A DNA stretch of 58,251 nucleotides from an uncultured archaeon (GCA_964651915.1 CAZYZI010000002.1:1559-59809), one strand, 5' to 3'. Counted from the first letter of the stretch, positions 46,701 through 54,771 are shown. The notes: generated by a model not told the origin, from the sequence alone. Made by a program: numbers and translations.

Positions 46701-48363
46701 AGACATAGAAATCGTAAGATTGACTGTCACGGGAAGTCCAAGATTGTTCAAAGTATTCCTCTTCAGTACCGTTAATTGTGTGATAAGCGTACTCATTATC
46801 TACCCAATCGCCTGTTGAATTCTCATAAACCGAAATGGAAACTTCAACGTCTATTTCACAATCACAATCTGTATCTGGATTGTAACTAATAGCTATAGTA
46901 TCATCTAAATTATCTTCATCATTATCTTCGGTTTCGTAATCCCAATCTTCAAACCATTCATCGCTGTCGCAACCATCTGAATTATTGTTATCGTCATCAC
47001 ACTCAAGATAAACTGTAAAATTGAAGTGATCCTCGTAATTGTAGTTTTCATCATATAGATAAAATTCGATAGTGTAATTGCCGTTCTTGCTTGGTGACCA
47101 TTCATCGGTTTCGAAAGAATCGACCTCAGTACCACTTATATTGTGAGAATAATAATCGCCACTTTCATAATTTCCTGTGTCATTGTTGTATGCTGAAAAA
47201 TCAACATCAATATCGATTGTACAGTTACACTCGGTGTTTGGATCATATTTGATAATTATACTGTTAGCTACACCATCACCGTTTGTATCGTTAGTCTCAT
47301 ATCCCCAATCCTCGAACCATTCATCATAATTGGTACTAGTACTTCCAAATGAATGTAACCATCCACTCTGTAATAATTCACCATCTTCTTCATAATAGAA
47401 ATCAAAGGTATAGTTGCCTTTCTCGACGTCATCTAACAAATAGATATCATAGCCATAATAGTCATGATCTGTGTTACCTGAATCATACAAATCTCCGTCT
47501 TCATCGTAGATCTCTATGTAGGCATCATCTTTAGTTTCATCACCCTCAAAGACATATGCGAGAAAATCATCGTAATCATCAGCACCATCCCAATCTTCTA
47601 CACTCACTTGATGACTGAGATTATTTACTGTATCTACTTCAGTATAGGAGACGGTTTCTTCTTCTAAATCTGTACCGTTATCTGATGCCGTCCAACGGTA
47701 CTCTCCACTGCTTGCATTCTTAACTGTATATTCGCCATGATAATCGGTTGTTCCATTCGCGTAGTATGACCAAATTAAACCATTGAAAAATTCTACACTT
47801 ATTTCGACGTCCTTTATGCCATCATCTTCGTTGCTCGCGATAAAAACAATATCATTGTTAACTGAGTCTTCATCCTCTGCCCAAACAAGATTATCAACAT
47901 TGATTGTATCGTCAGATGCTGGAGGAGACCCTGTCATTGCTGATAACTCAACATCAGTTACACTCCAATTATCTTCTAAATTATTCCATTCATCATACAT
48001 TTCTACATAAAAATCGAAAGTTCCATCGTAATCAGGAGTCCAATCTTGGCTAAACTCATCCCATTCTCCATTGTTTATAGTGTGTTCATCGTAAATATAT
48101 TCCACATATCCATCCTCATCGTAAATATCGACGTAAACTGTTATGTCGATATCACAGTCACAATCTGTATCTGGATCATATACTATGTAGATAGTATCAT
48201 CCGACCCGTCGGCGTCCTCGTCGGATACCTCCTCATATATATCGTAAAACCATTCATCATCTGCCTCGTCGGCAACGGCTGTAGGAATTACGCTCAATAC
48301 TAGGGTGAACATTAGGGCCCATGCTAGGACCTTCTGACCTGTCTGTGGATTAATAAAATACAT
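43777..48363 (-). CDS. Giant (1528 aa) extremely acidic secreted surface protein: about 7 DPDTDCDC repeat modules, 3 PKD-like domains, PGF-CTERM anchor
   Basis: Signal peptide ...LVLSVIPTAVA/DE. Repeated about 105-aa modules (DEWF..W.Y....I.I.YDPDTDCDC.I.V...YD....H.ING...F...W.P...G.Y.F.V.LYDE..N.ED). PKD-like WDMGNG / FPDGT / DFGDGT domains. C-terminal LLPGFNLLLAISALGVVGMLRRR. Confidence 0.9.
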   Translation of the reverse strand: MYFINPQTGQKVLAWALMFTLVLSVIPTAVADEADDEWFYDIYEEVSDEDADGSDDTIYIVYDPDTDCDCDIDITVYVDIYDEDGYVEYIYDEHTINNGEWDEFSQDWTPDYDGTFDFYVEMYDEWNNLEDNWSVTDVELSAMTGSPPASDDTINVDNLVWAEDEDSVNNDIVFIASNEDDGIKDVEISVEFFNGLIWSYYANGTTDYHGEYTVKNASSGEYRWTASDNGTDLEEETVSYTEVDTVNNLSHQVSVEDWDGADDYDDFLAYVFEGDETKDDAYIEIYDEDGDLYDSGNTDHDYYGYDIYLLDDVEKGNYTFDFYYEEDGELLQSGWLHSFGSTSTNYDEWFEDWGYETNDTNGDGVANSIIIKYDPNTECNCTIDIDVDFSAYNNDTGNYESGDYYSHNISGTEVDSFETDEWSPSKNGNYTIEFYLYDENYNYEDHFNFTVYLECDDDNNNSDGCDSDEWFEDWDYETEDNDEDNLDDTIAISYNPDTDCDCEIDVEVSISVYENSTGDWVDNEYAYHTINGTEEEYFEQSWTSRDSQSYDFYVYMYDDDWNWEDEFWVYNVYLYQTSGAGGPGDEDEWFDWIDAYTYDADDDGYDDTAEIDYDPDTTCECDINITLVIDVYDNETGYWVNGTEEDYTIYSDDDDYWYQDWSPEYNGTFDFYVELYDEDGNLEEEEEYLGIELHARSSGGGGGDGDYDEWFYDWDYDVDPSDTIIIGYDPDTDCDCNVTIYVYVDVYDNATGDYVDTIADEHDINNGYSDWFEQEWTAYENGSYDFGVYLYDEDWNEEDLFWIYDVYLSSDAGGGGGTGGDDGVGHLGVIDDWDGDDYVNDYIGGVLEDDEYKEDAYFEIYDEDGNLVDSGNPNYYGVLFVSSNLTEGWYYQYVYYEENGAILQEGPFYSYGNSSDFTVINVDNAVVDDDEYAVYDDVGFIAHQGRIDDDSVADVEIEIFKHNETSDDWEYHASLVTNESGEAWLYNETCGEYEWTSSPPDNGPEDKGYYEVWVGCDDTSGGGGDEDYDEWFYEWDYYGAFDENDEHQWNKVIIGYDPDTDCDCEMDVYVEAIIWDENGDYVDYSGENHTINNGYSDWFEIGLEVDEPGKYWFTVDLYDDEWNHEDQFNFTLIMSDEWFIDQFSQEGDSVRINLDPQTNYDGEIGTEYYFDVLRFNESNDDWDYIDGDYTDAVITSSENEDINFEWTADEEGTYLFAVYMYDEYWNMEDMVEFEAEIVLNHAPEIGDLNTDRVFEGEMFNFEVDAFDADDDDLEYSWDMGNGNLIEDDSVRYGYPDDGIYTIIVSVSDGTVITTKEFELNVENAPPTLQVSYDDFGQEGQTLSFNAQTFDVPEDTVKVTWTFPDGTQAEGNFAQYLFIDDGEFIIGVTAEDEDGGGVSEGLVVTIENVAPTFTEFQMPSSGQEGEMLDFKFEATDPGADTIIFTIDFGDGTAPLITQDGNVSHKFAEGDTFTLIICAKDEDGGENCRQQVLPVSILEQLEDEGLLPGFNLLLAISALGVVGMLRRRTH

Positions 48364-48418
48364 ATTATGTCCTCGGTAACTATAATTTAGTTGCGAGTAT
48401 TTAATAGTAATAGATAAA

Positions 48419-49087
48419 TTATTTGATTAAATTACGTGAGATTACTGATATAGCATATGATACAAAATAGGCTTCTTCCCAAGGTTTGAGGTAACCAACT
48501 TCAATCACATATTGTAAGAATTCTTCTTGCATTTCTACGCCTTTAGCTACCATTTCCATATCCTCAGTATGCATGCCTTTAGCAACAAATTCAATAGGAT
48601 ATCCTTCACGATGAGGTTGATACAAAAGATAATCCGGAATTATAGACCGACCATGCTCTGCTTCACTCATGCATGTTTTCCATTCTTTCCTTAAAAATGC
48701 ATTTTCCATTAATCCACTACGTGCTTGCCGTGCCATCTTCAATGGTTCTGTAGCAACATCAATAGCAATATCATCTGGCAAATCTGGAAGTGCTTTCTCA
48801 AGCTCTGTTTCGAATAATTCTTTAGCTTTACCTAGGAAATCATCCGCTTTCTTGTCCAATAAAATCATTCCAACGGCACGGGCCTGTAACTCTCTAGCTA
48901 GTCCATTGCCCTCCAAATCCGGTTCAGAAGTATCAATAAATTTTTGAATATATTCATTTCTATTTTCTATATCATTCAATAAACCATAACCTAGAGCACT
49001 ACCTCTCATAATAAGATAATCATCTGAGTCTGCTTGATCACTCAACTGTTCCAAAAGAGGCTTATTCAAATGCTCCGGAATCTTCAT
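48419..49087 (-). CDS. Hypothetical protein
   Basis: The ATG at 49087 forms an ATGA overlap with the upstream adenosyltransferase stop; the ORF track extends to 49141. No recognised family. Confidence 0.6.
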   Translation of the reverse strand: MKIPEHLNKPLLEQLSDQADSDDYLIMRGSALGYGLLNDIENRNEYIQKFIDTSEPDLEGNGLARELQARAVGMILLDKKADDFLGKAKELFETELEKALPDLPDDIAIDVATEPLKMARQARSGLMENAFLRKEWKTCMSEAEHGRSIIPDYLLYQPHREGYPIEFVAKGMHTEDMEMVAKGVEMQEEFLQYVIEVGYLKPWEEAYFVSYAISVISRNLIK

Positions 49088-49623
49088 TTTACTGAACGGG
49101 AAGTAATTGATTCCCCTTCTTGCCAACGAGCCATAGCCCAAAGAAGATCTGAAAGTCGATTAAGATAAGGTACTGCTAAAGAATTTTTGATTTTACAAGA
49201 TATAGTTCGACGTTCAGCCCTTCTAACAACTGTTCTTGCAACATCAATAAGTGCTGATATTCTATTTTGTCCAGGGATTACAAACTCTTTAGGAAGTTCA
49301 AACCTTGAAGATATGTCATCAATAAATTTTTCCAAGAATTCTACCATTTCTTCATTAACTTTATTTTTTCCAGATTCTAATTTATGATGTTTTGAAGGAT
49401 CAGTTGCTAATTCTGCCATTAAAACATACAAATCTCTCTCAATGTGAATTATTTTATCCTCTAAATCACTTCCTTTTTTGCATTCTGTTCTAACTAAACC
49501 TAAAATGGCTTGAGCTTCATCAACTGTACCATAAGCTTCTGGCAATGATGATGCCTTAGATACTTTGTCTCCATAAAGAAGACCAGTCTCGCCTTCATCA
49601 CCATTACGAGTGTATATCTTCAT
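49084..49623 (-). CDS. pduO: ATP:cob(I)alamin adenosyltransferase, PduO type
   Basis: MKIYTRNGDEGETGLLYGDKVSK N-terminus and the FVIPG motif. Confidence 0.88.
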   Translation of the reverse strand: MKIYTRNGDEGETGLLYGDKVSKASSLPEAYGTVDEAQAILGLVRTECKKGSDLEDKIIHIERDLYVLMAELATDPSKHHKLESGKNKVNEEMVEFLEKFIDDISSRFELPKEFVIPGQNRISALIDVARTVVRRAERRTISCKIKNSLAVPYLNRLSDLLWAMARWQEGESITSRSVK

Positions 49624-49661
49624 TATATTGGGAGTAGGCTATCAATTAAGAAAGTTTGTAA

Positions 49662-50108
49662 TCAGCGTTTAGTGTTAATTAGTAATTTCATTTTCTGATT
49701 CTTGTAAGTAGTCCTTGCTATGAAATAATGTGAGTTTTCATTAATTAAAACCTTAGACCATTTCTCTATCTCTTCCATATCGGATTTACCAATTACTTCC
49801 TCTTTTGTTTTTACTTTAATTGCGAAATCTAAAAGTGTTTCAAAAGGAATTCTTCCATGACTCCCTATCTGGCCTGTGTAATCTTCCCACGAATTTTCAA
49901 CAAGTTTAGCAAATCTCTGTAAAGGAGCTGTGGCCGACTCTAAACCTGAGCCTCCGTTCCCTTTGACTATGTCTATATCTATACCTGATTTAGCTCTAGA
50001 GCTTGCTTTACTCGAAAAACCCCAATATGCAAGTGCTACTTTTCTTGCTGTTTGAACAGACATTAGTATTCCAAAGTAAGAGCCACTAAATATGCAATTT
50101 GATGACAC
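49662..50108 (-). CDS. Hypothetical protein
   Basis: 148-aa ORF (GTG start, alternative ATG at 50063). No recognised family. Confidence 0.5.
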   Translation of the reverse strand: MSSNCIFSGSYFGILMSVQTARKVALAYWGFSSKASSRAKSGIDIDIVKGNGGSGLESATAPLQRFAKLVENSWEDYTGQIGSHGRIPFETLLDFAIKVKTKEEVIGKSDMEEIEKWSKVLINENSHYFIARTTYKNQKMKLLINTKR

Positions 50109-50141
50109 TAAAGTTTATTTCTTCGTCCGATATCGAAAGAC

Positions 50142-52805
50142 ATGAACTCAGACAAAATAGCTCCAATAATTATGGCTGTTCTTTTTTTGAGTTCAATTCT
50201 AGCTAGTAGTGGATGTTTAGAAGATACTGATGATGAAGAAATCTATTATGATGACAATAATGGTGACAACAACTCTGATGATTCTCAAAATAATAATGGA
50301 AACAACAATAACCAGAATAATGATGGTCAAAACCAAAACGATGATTCAGACAACGATGGATACGATGACAACATTGATAAGTTTCCAAATGATCCAAATG
50401 AATGGAAAGATTCTGACGAAGATGGTGTAGGAGATAATTCTGATGATTTCCCAAATGACAAATGTGCAACAAATGATATGGATGATGATGGAAAACCAGA
50501 TGCAATCAAAGAAAATTGTAGCACTTCTCTGACAGAAGATGATGACATTGACGGGGATGGATTCAACAATACTATTGAATTATTAGTTGGTACAAATCCT
50601 GAAAGTCCCTCATCAAGACCTATCGACTACGATAGTGATGGAATACCTGATGCATTAGATGATGACATGGACAATGATGGAATGAATAATACGTTAGACC
50701 TATGCCCTAGAGGAAATATTGACTGGGAGGCTGGCAATTCTAATGACGACTGGGACATGGATGGATGCAAGGATGATACTGAAGACAAAGATGATGATAA
50801 TGATGGAATAAATGATAGAAATGATGAGTGTGAAGAAACTCCATTAAACGAAATTGCAAATGATGAAGGCTGTTCTGCATCCCAAAGAGATTCTGATGGA
50901 GATGGAATTGCTGATTCGGTAGATATATGCTGGGGTGATGATAGTACGGGAGATAACGATGGGGATGGATTGTGTAGCGATGGGGATGAATGTCCAGATG
51001 GGCCTTTCCTTTATGGTGAAGAAGTTGATGCGCAAGGTTGTTCTTACTTTGAAAAGTCAATACCTTGGAATGGAGGTCCTTACGCTACTAATTATATGGG
51101 AACTGCAGGAGATTTCACAGTACCTGAACCAATTGATGAAAATCTGAATTTTACTAATGATTGGGTCTTCAAACAAGAATGGAGTGGAAAAGATACTTAT
51201 GTTTTCATTATCTATAATCCAACCGATCCTGATAGTGTAATAACTTGGAATTCAGCCAACCCAATTGGGCAAGCAACGGAACTGAGTTTAATGTTTGAAA
51301 AATCTCCTGAGAATGTACACTATTTCTTTGGATCATATCGTGATGGAGGCTGGATGGGCGATGTGTCCTATATGGCTGGACGTGTTAATGCAGCATTAAC
51401 TACAATGAATAATGAAGATAGAGAACATTGGTCTGACAGGGTTCATTACATTGCAATGGATGCAAATTTCTTGGAAGGAAGTATAGCTGATTTCATATCT
51501 GTAAAAGAATCTCCTGCTTGGTTTTGTATAGATCAATTACAGCGATGGCAAGAAGTAGGTAGTTTCTGGGATCTTAATTTTAACCAGAATTTTAGCTGGT
51601 ACAGATTCCATTTTATTGCCAACGAGCCACTTTATTTCAATTTTGAATTTGGACTTGAGAGAGAATTGGCAGCTATGGAATACCACACTAGTGTACCATG
51701 TCATGAAAGACAATACATGCCTAAGAATTGTCTCAAAGGAGAATCTGTAACTTTACTTGAATGGAATATGGGAGAGAGTTACACTCATGGCGGTGGTTGG
51801 GGAGGAGGTACAAATATTCGAAATATCGAACTTCCTGAGAATATGGAAGATTTTGATTCATTCGCAGTTTACACCTATGAAGCATGTGCTGATCACAAAG
51901 GATGTAATGAATGGGATTTTATTGGATATCTAAATGCATATCAATCTAAATGTTCATTATCTGAATTTGATATTTATGATGATTGTATAAATCAAATACT
52001 TGCACAATTTGATTCTCAAGAAGATTGTGAAAATGCAGGGCATAGATGGGATGATGGAGGAGAAGATGGTTCGTCATCATGTAAAGGTAAATGGGATCGT
52101 GTTTGGAAAGCTGAGATAGGACGATATATCACGGCATACAATCGTGAAGGTAGATATATTTCTGACGCAAGTCCTATGTTAGGTGTTCTAAAAAATGAAG
52201 ACATTAATGAATTTAATTATTGGCAACCTAATGCTTATGGCCTAACCGTAAAATTATTCTTCTGGAATGAAAATAAAGAATATACTCCTGTAGGTGCTGA
52301 ATATCTACATGGAGCAACAAGAAAATTCAACTTAGATTACAATAACATATTTGGTAATGAGAATCCATTCGAATACAATGTTACGGATGATACAGAAAGA
52401 GTAGAAATTGTTACTTTTTTTACGGGGCATGGTCACAGTAGTACTGATGAAAATTGTGCTGAATTCTGTAATCACCAACATGAGTTTACTGTTAATGGAA
52501 ATACTCTTGACCTGCTTCAACATCCAAATGGTGGAACTTCATACGGGTGCTACAATAGAGTGAATGAAGGAGTTTCAGCTAACCAATACGGAACGTGGGT
52601 CTATGGAAGAGCAGGATGGTGCCCTGGTCAAGATGTAGAATATAATCGCATAGATATCACTAGCCAATCTAATGTTGGAAATAATCAAATTAGTTATCGT
52701 GGCTTATACCAAGGAGAAGAATATGATCCAAGTGTAACTGATCCTGACGGTTATTTACCTGAAATTAAGCTACGTATGTGGATTATTACTTACGAAACTC
52801 AATAA
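50142..52805 (+). CDS. Secreted putative lipoprotein: N/D-rich linker, thrombospondin type 3-like Ca-binding repeats, C-terminal PNGase F-like domain
   Basis: Lipobox-like ILASSGC. DxDxDGxxD repeats (DSDGDGIADSVD and others). GCNEWDFIGYLNAY and GHGHSSTDENCAEFCNHQHEFTVNG...YGCYN...GRAGWCPGQDVEYNRIDI parallel Elizabethkingia PNGase F CDEWDRYANVYV and GWGHA...GCAEWCFRTHTIAINN...RAGWCPGMAVPTRIDV. Confidence 0.88.
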   Translation: MNSDKIAPIIMAVLFLSSILASSGCLEDTDDEEIYYDDNNGDNNSDDSQNNNGNNNNQNNDGQNQNDDSDNDGYDDNIDKFPNDPNEWKDSDEDGVGDNSDDFPNDKCATNDMDDDGKPDAIKENCSTSLTEDDDIDGDGFNNTIELLVGTNPESPSSRPIDYDSDGIPDALDDDMDNDGMNNTLDLCPRGNIDWEAGNSNDDWDMDGCKDDTEDKDDDNDGINDRNDECEETPLNEIANDEGCSASQRDSDGDGIADSVDICWGDDSTGDNDGDGLCSDGDECPDGPFLYGEEVDAQGCSYFEKSIPWNGGPYATNYMGTAGDFTVPEPIDENLNFTNDWVFKQEWSGKDTYVFIIYNPTDPDSVITWNSANPIGQATELSLMFEKSPENVHYFFGSYRDGGWMGDVSYMAGRVNAALTTMNNEDREHWSDRVHYIAMDANFLEGSIADFISVKESPAWFCIDQLQRWQEVGSFWDLNFNQNFSWYRFHFIANEPLYFNFEFGLERELAAMEYHTSVPCHERQYMPKNCLKGESVTLLEWNMGESYTHGGGWGGGTNIRNIELPENMEDFDSFAVYTYEACADHKGCNEWDFIGYLNAYQSKCSLSEFDIYDDCINQILAQFDSQEDCENAGHRWDDGGEDGSSSCKGKWDRVWKAEIGRYITAYNREGRYISDASPMLGVLKNEDINEFNYWQPNAYGLTVKLFFWNENKEYTPVGAEYLHGATRKFNLDYNNIFGNENPFEYNVTDDTERVEIVTFFTGHGHSSTDENCAEFCNHQHEFTVNGNTLDLLQHPNGGTSYGCYNRVNEGVSANQYGTWVYGRAGWCPGQDVEYNRIDITSQSNVGNNQISYRGLYQGEEYDPSVTDPDGYLPEIKLRMWIITYETQ

Positions 52806-53749
52806 TTGTCTATTTCAGTTCTAAAATACTTGTAGAAACACCACATTGAAACTGCTCCAAGTATATGCCATAGAGCATGACCTTGTAACAGCGAATCTGG
52901 ATCACACAGAACTCCGCCTGTTCTACTTGGCTGCCAAATAATTGTAGCTAAAAAGTATGAGGCGAAACCTGCCCAAAAATAAGGTGCATGAGTTCTTTCC
53001 AACTTAATGTCTTCAATTCTGTATAAGAAAAATGCTAAAGCTGCCCAAAGCAGGATTGCTTCAAATTCACTCAAGATAAAATCTATTGGTGTTTTACCTG
53101 GGTTTGTATACAAAAATAAGAACAAAATTATCGATGTGGGTAACAAAAATATTACATGTGGTTGTTTCTGATATTTTAGTGCTAACTCTTGAGAAAGCCA
53201 AATTCCAATTAAAGCACCCCACAAAAATGTGAGAAGGCTAAATTTCCACAACAATAGTGCAAAAATAACGTTAGCACTCAAATAATAGATAACAAATTCT
53301 TTTTCGGACCATCTAAGAAATCTTGAAAAGTTATAGAACACAGGCATGGAAATATACATCATCATACCAGAAACATCTAACCAACCTCCCCATTCTGTAT
53401 TGAAACCGTGCATGGCAAAACTGCCCATGCCTACTGCTACGCATGAAATTCCGTATAATATAAGGAACCAACTTCTTGTAGAAAGAGAAGGTTTACCTTC
53501 GGTTGGATCATACTGTGCCATCCAAAGAATATATAGTCCAACAAATACAAAAGCTAAATTCGAAATTGTGTTTGTAGGTTCACGAATCCAAGTTTCGCTA
53601 ACCTTTTCACAATAGCCTGAAGCACTTGTACCTGTCCACTCCCAACCATTCAAGATATACAATAATCCATAAACTACAAATATTATACTTATAACAAAAA
53701 ACACAGAAAAAAATTCTTTTCTTTCTTGAATATATTTGTTATCTATCAA
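52799..53749 (-). CDS. Alkaline ceramidase / CREST-family 7-TM hydrolase-like protein
   Basis: GYCEKVSETWIREPTNTISNLAFVFVG parallels the ceramidase WCE..Y....IAEF.NT.SN motif. HGFNTEWGG and GHALWHILGA His motifs, 7 TM helices. Confidence 0.7.
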   Translation of the reverse strand: MIDNKYIQERKEFFSVFFVISIIFVVYGLLYILNGWEWTGTSASGYCEKVSETWIREPTNTISNLAFVFVGLYILWMAQYDPTEGKPSLSTRSWFLILYGISCVAVGMGSFAMHGFNTEWGGWLDVSGMMMYISMPVFYNFSRFLRWSEKEFVIYYLSANVIFALLLWKFSLLTFLWGALIGIWLSQELALKYQKQPHVIFLLPTSIILFLFLYTNPGKTPIDFILSEFEAILLWAALAFFLYRIEDIKLERTHAPYFWAGFASYFLATIIWQPSRTGGVLCDPDSLLQGHALWHILGAVSMWCFYKYFRTEIDNY

Positions 53750-53940
53750 GCTATCTTAATTTTCCTTACGTATCCACAATCTTTACATTCATAATTAGGA
53801 TAAAGATCTGGATTATTTGGAGACGCACCATGCCAATGGAAGCAATATTTCCTACACTTAACACAATAAGAATTTTGTTTGTACCCTTTGTACTTATGTG
53901 GCCTATCCTTCGCAAATTCATTAATGTCTGTTTCAGCCAT
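53746..53940 (-). CDS. Small zinc-ribbon protein
   Basis: CVKCRKYC...CKDCGY four-Cys pattern. 4-nt overlap with the downstream ceramidase-like gene. Confidence 0.55.
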   Translation of the reverse strand: MAETDINEFAKDRPHKYKGYKQNSYCVKCRKYCFHWHGASPNNPDLYPNYECKDCGYVRKIKIA

Positions 53941-54052
53941 AATTTATTACCTTTAGGCATTTCGTATTATAAGGATTGAGGGAGTTTATTTTATCAAAAA
54001 AATTTAGGCATCATGGCATAGTTTTTTATAATAAGGAAACAGAATTAGATTT

Positions 54053-54250
54053 ATGAGAAGAAGGCACATGGCTTCAAGTGAAGCTAACAAAACTACTCTA
54101 TGTGGCCACAGTGCAACCATTCAGGAATTTAGAAGAATGGAAAAAATAAAACCTGAAGAAGTAACCTGTCAGCGTTGTTTGAATATTTACTCTAGGATTC
54201 AAAACAAAGAAATGAATTCCGAAAAGGCAAAGCTTTCTGCCAAAACCTAA
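54053..54250 (+). CDS. Small basic hypothetical protein (weak call)
   Basis: 65-aa ORF with a C..H...CxxC pattern and no other support. Confidence 0.3.
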   Translation: MRRRHMASSEANKTTLCGHSATIQEFRRMEKIKPEEVTCQRCLNIYSRIQNKEMNSEKAKLSAKT

Positions 54251-54319
54251 ATTAGATAAAATTTTTTTTAAGAAAACATCCGTTCTACATAAATAGAGTG
54301 TACTAGACTAACATCCGCC

Positions 54320-54670
54320 CAAAATAAAGTGGGCACAGTTCCGTCGACCTTCTTGCGTTGGATGACTTCCCTGTGCCCGGGGTGGAATTGGTTCATGACC
54401 CGAAGGTCATGTCCCTTTTCCGGCGTACAAGTTTTGTTTCCCGCAGCACCCTGCTTGTTTCCTGGCTTGCGTGCTTAGATCGTTTCCCCTTGTTCTCCAA
54501 GTTGTTTCCCTCTTATCCCGCTCGATTGTTTCCTCCGGTGTCCCGGTTGTTTCCTTCTTGCATTCAAAGATCGTTTCCCCTTAGTTTCCCAAGTTGTTTC
54601 CTTCTATGCTTTCCCTTTGTTTGTTGGCTTCATAACCCGAAGGTCATGTTTCCCAAACATCGGGAACTTA
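54320..54670 (-). ncRNA. Candidate about 350-nt structured ncRNA with 10 GGAAAC motifs bracketed by two UUCG hairpins
   Basis: A GC-rich island in AT-rich intergenic DNA. CTATATA box at about 54688-54694 on the minus strand. Hairpins at 54631-54648 and 54394-54411. Terminal 8-bp helix 54331-54338/54371-54378 followed by CTTTATTTT on the minus strand. No ORF on the minus strand. Confidence 0.55.
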
Positions 54671-54771
54671 CAACAGACAAGGGGGGTATATAGAACCTTT
54701 CAGATATACTTAAATATGATGAGCGCAAACAACGTTTTTCACGCTATTTTTTACAACTTTTTTGTACTGAA

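Noticed and set aside
43838-48303. Numerous plus-strand ORFs (some His-rich or Ile-rich) within the giant acidic protein gene
   Set aside because: These are compositional artefacts. The antisense and shifted frames of GAT/GAA/GAC-rich coding sequence are poor in stop codons and translate to H/I/S-rich strings.
50203-51147. His-rich and Met-rich alternative-frame ORFs in the 5' part of the PNGase F-like gene
   Set aside because: The same compositional artefact arises from the GAT/AAT-rich linker and TSP3 repeat coding sequence.
54436-54653. Possible CRISPR array or replication-origin ORB array formed by the GTTTCC/GGAAAC repeats
   Set aside because: The repeat core is only 6-9 nt with irregular 11-52 nt spacing, far from CRISPR repeat/spacer geometry, and there are no cas genes. 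For an origin, the repeats are almost all in one orientation, the island is GC-rich rather than an AT-rich unwinding element, and no orc1/cdc6 gene is nearby. A DNA-level binding array cannot be fully excluded without experiments.
54320-54670. SRP (7S) RNA or RNase P RNA
   Set aside because: I could not find the conserved SRP helix 8 motifs or the RNase P CR-I/CR-V motifs on either strand. GGGAAGUC near the 3' end only superficially resembles CR-I and sits in the wrong position. This needs a covariance-model scan to be certain.
54358-54693. 111-aa plus-strand ORF (TTG start) covering the GC-rich island, translating to a repetitive LFP/SFP-rich peptide
   Set aside because: The plus strand here is very A-poor, so stop codons are rare by composition. 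The peptide is low-complexity, with no start context or recognisable fold. The hairpin wobble evidence favours a minus-strand RNA instead.
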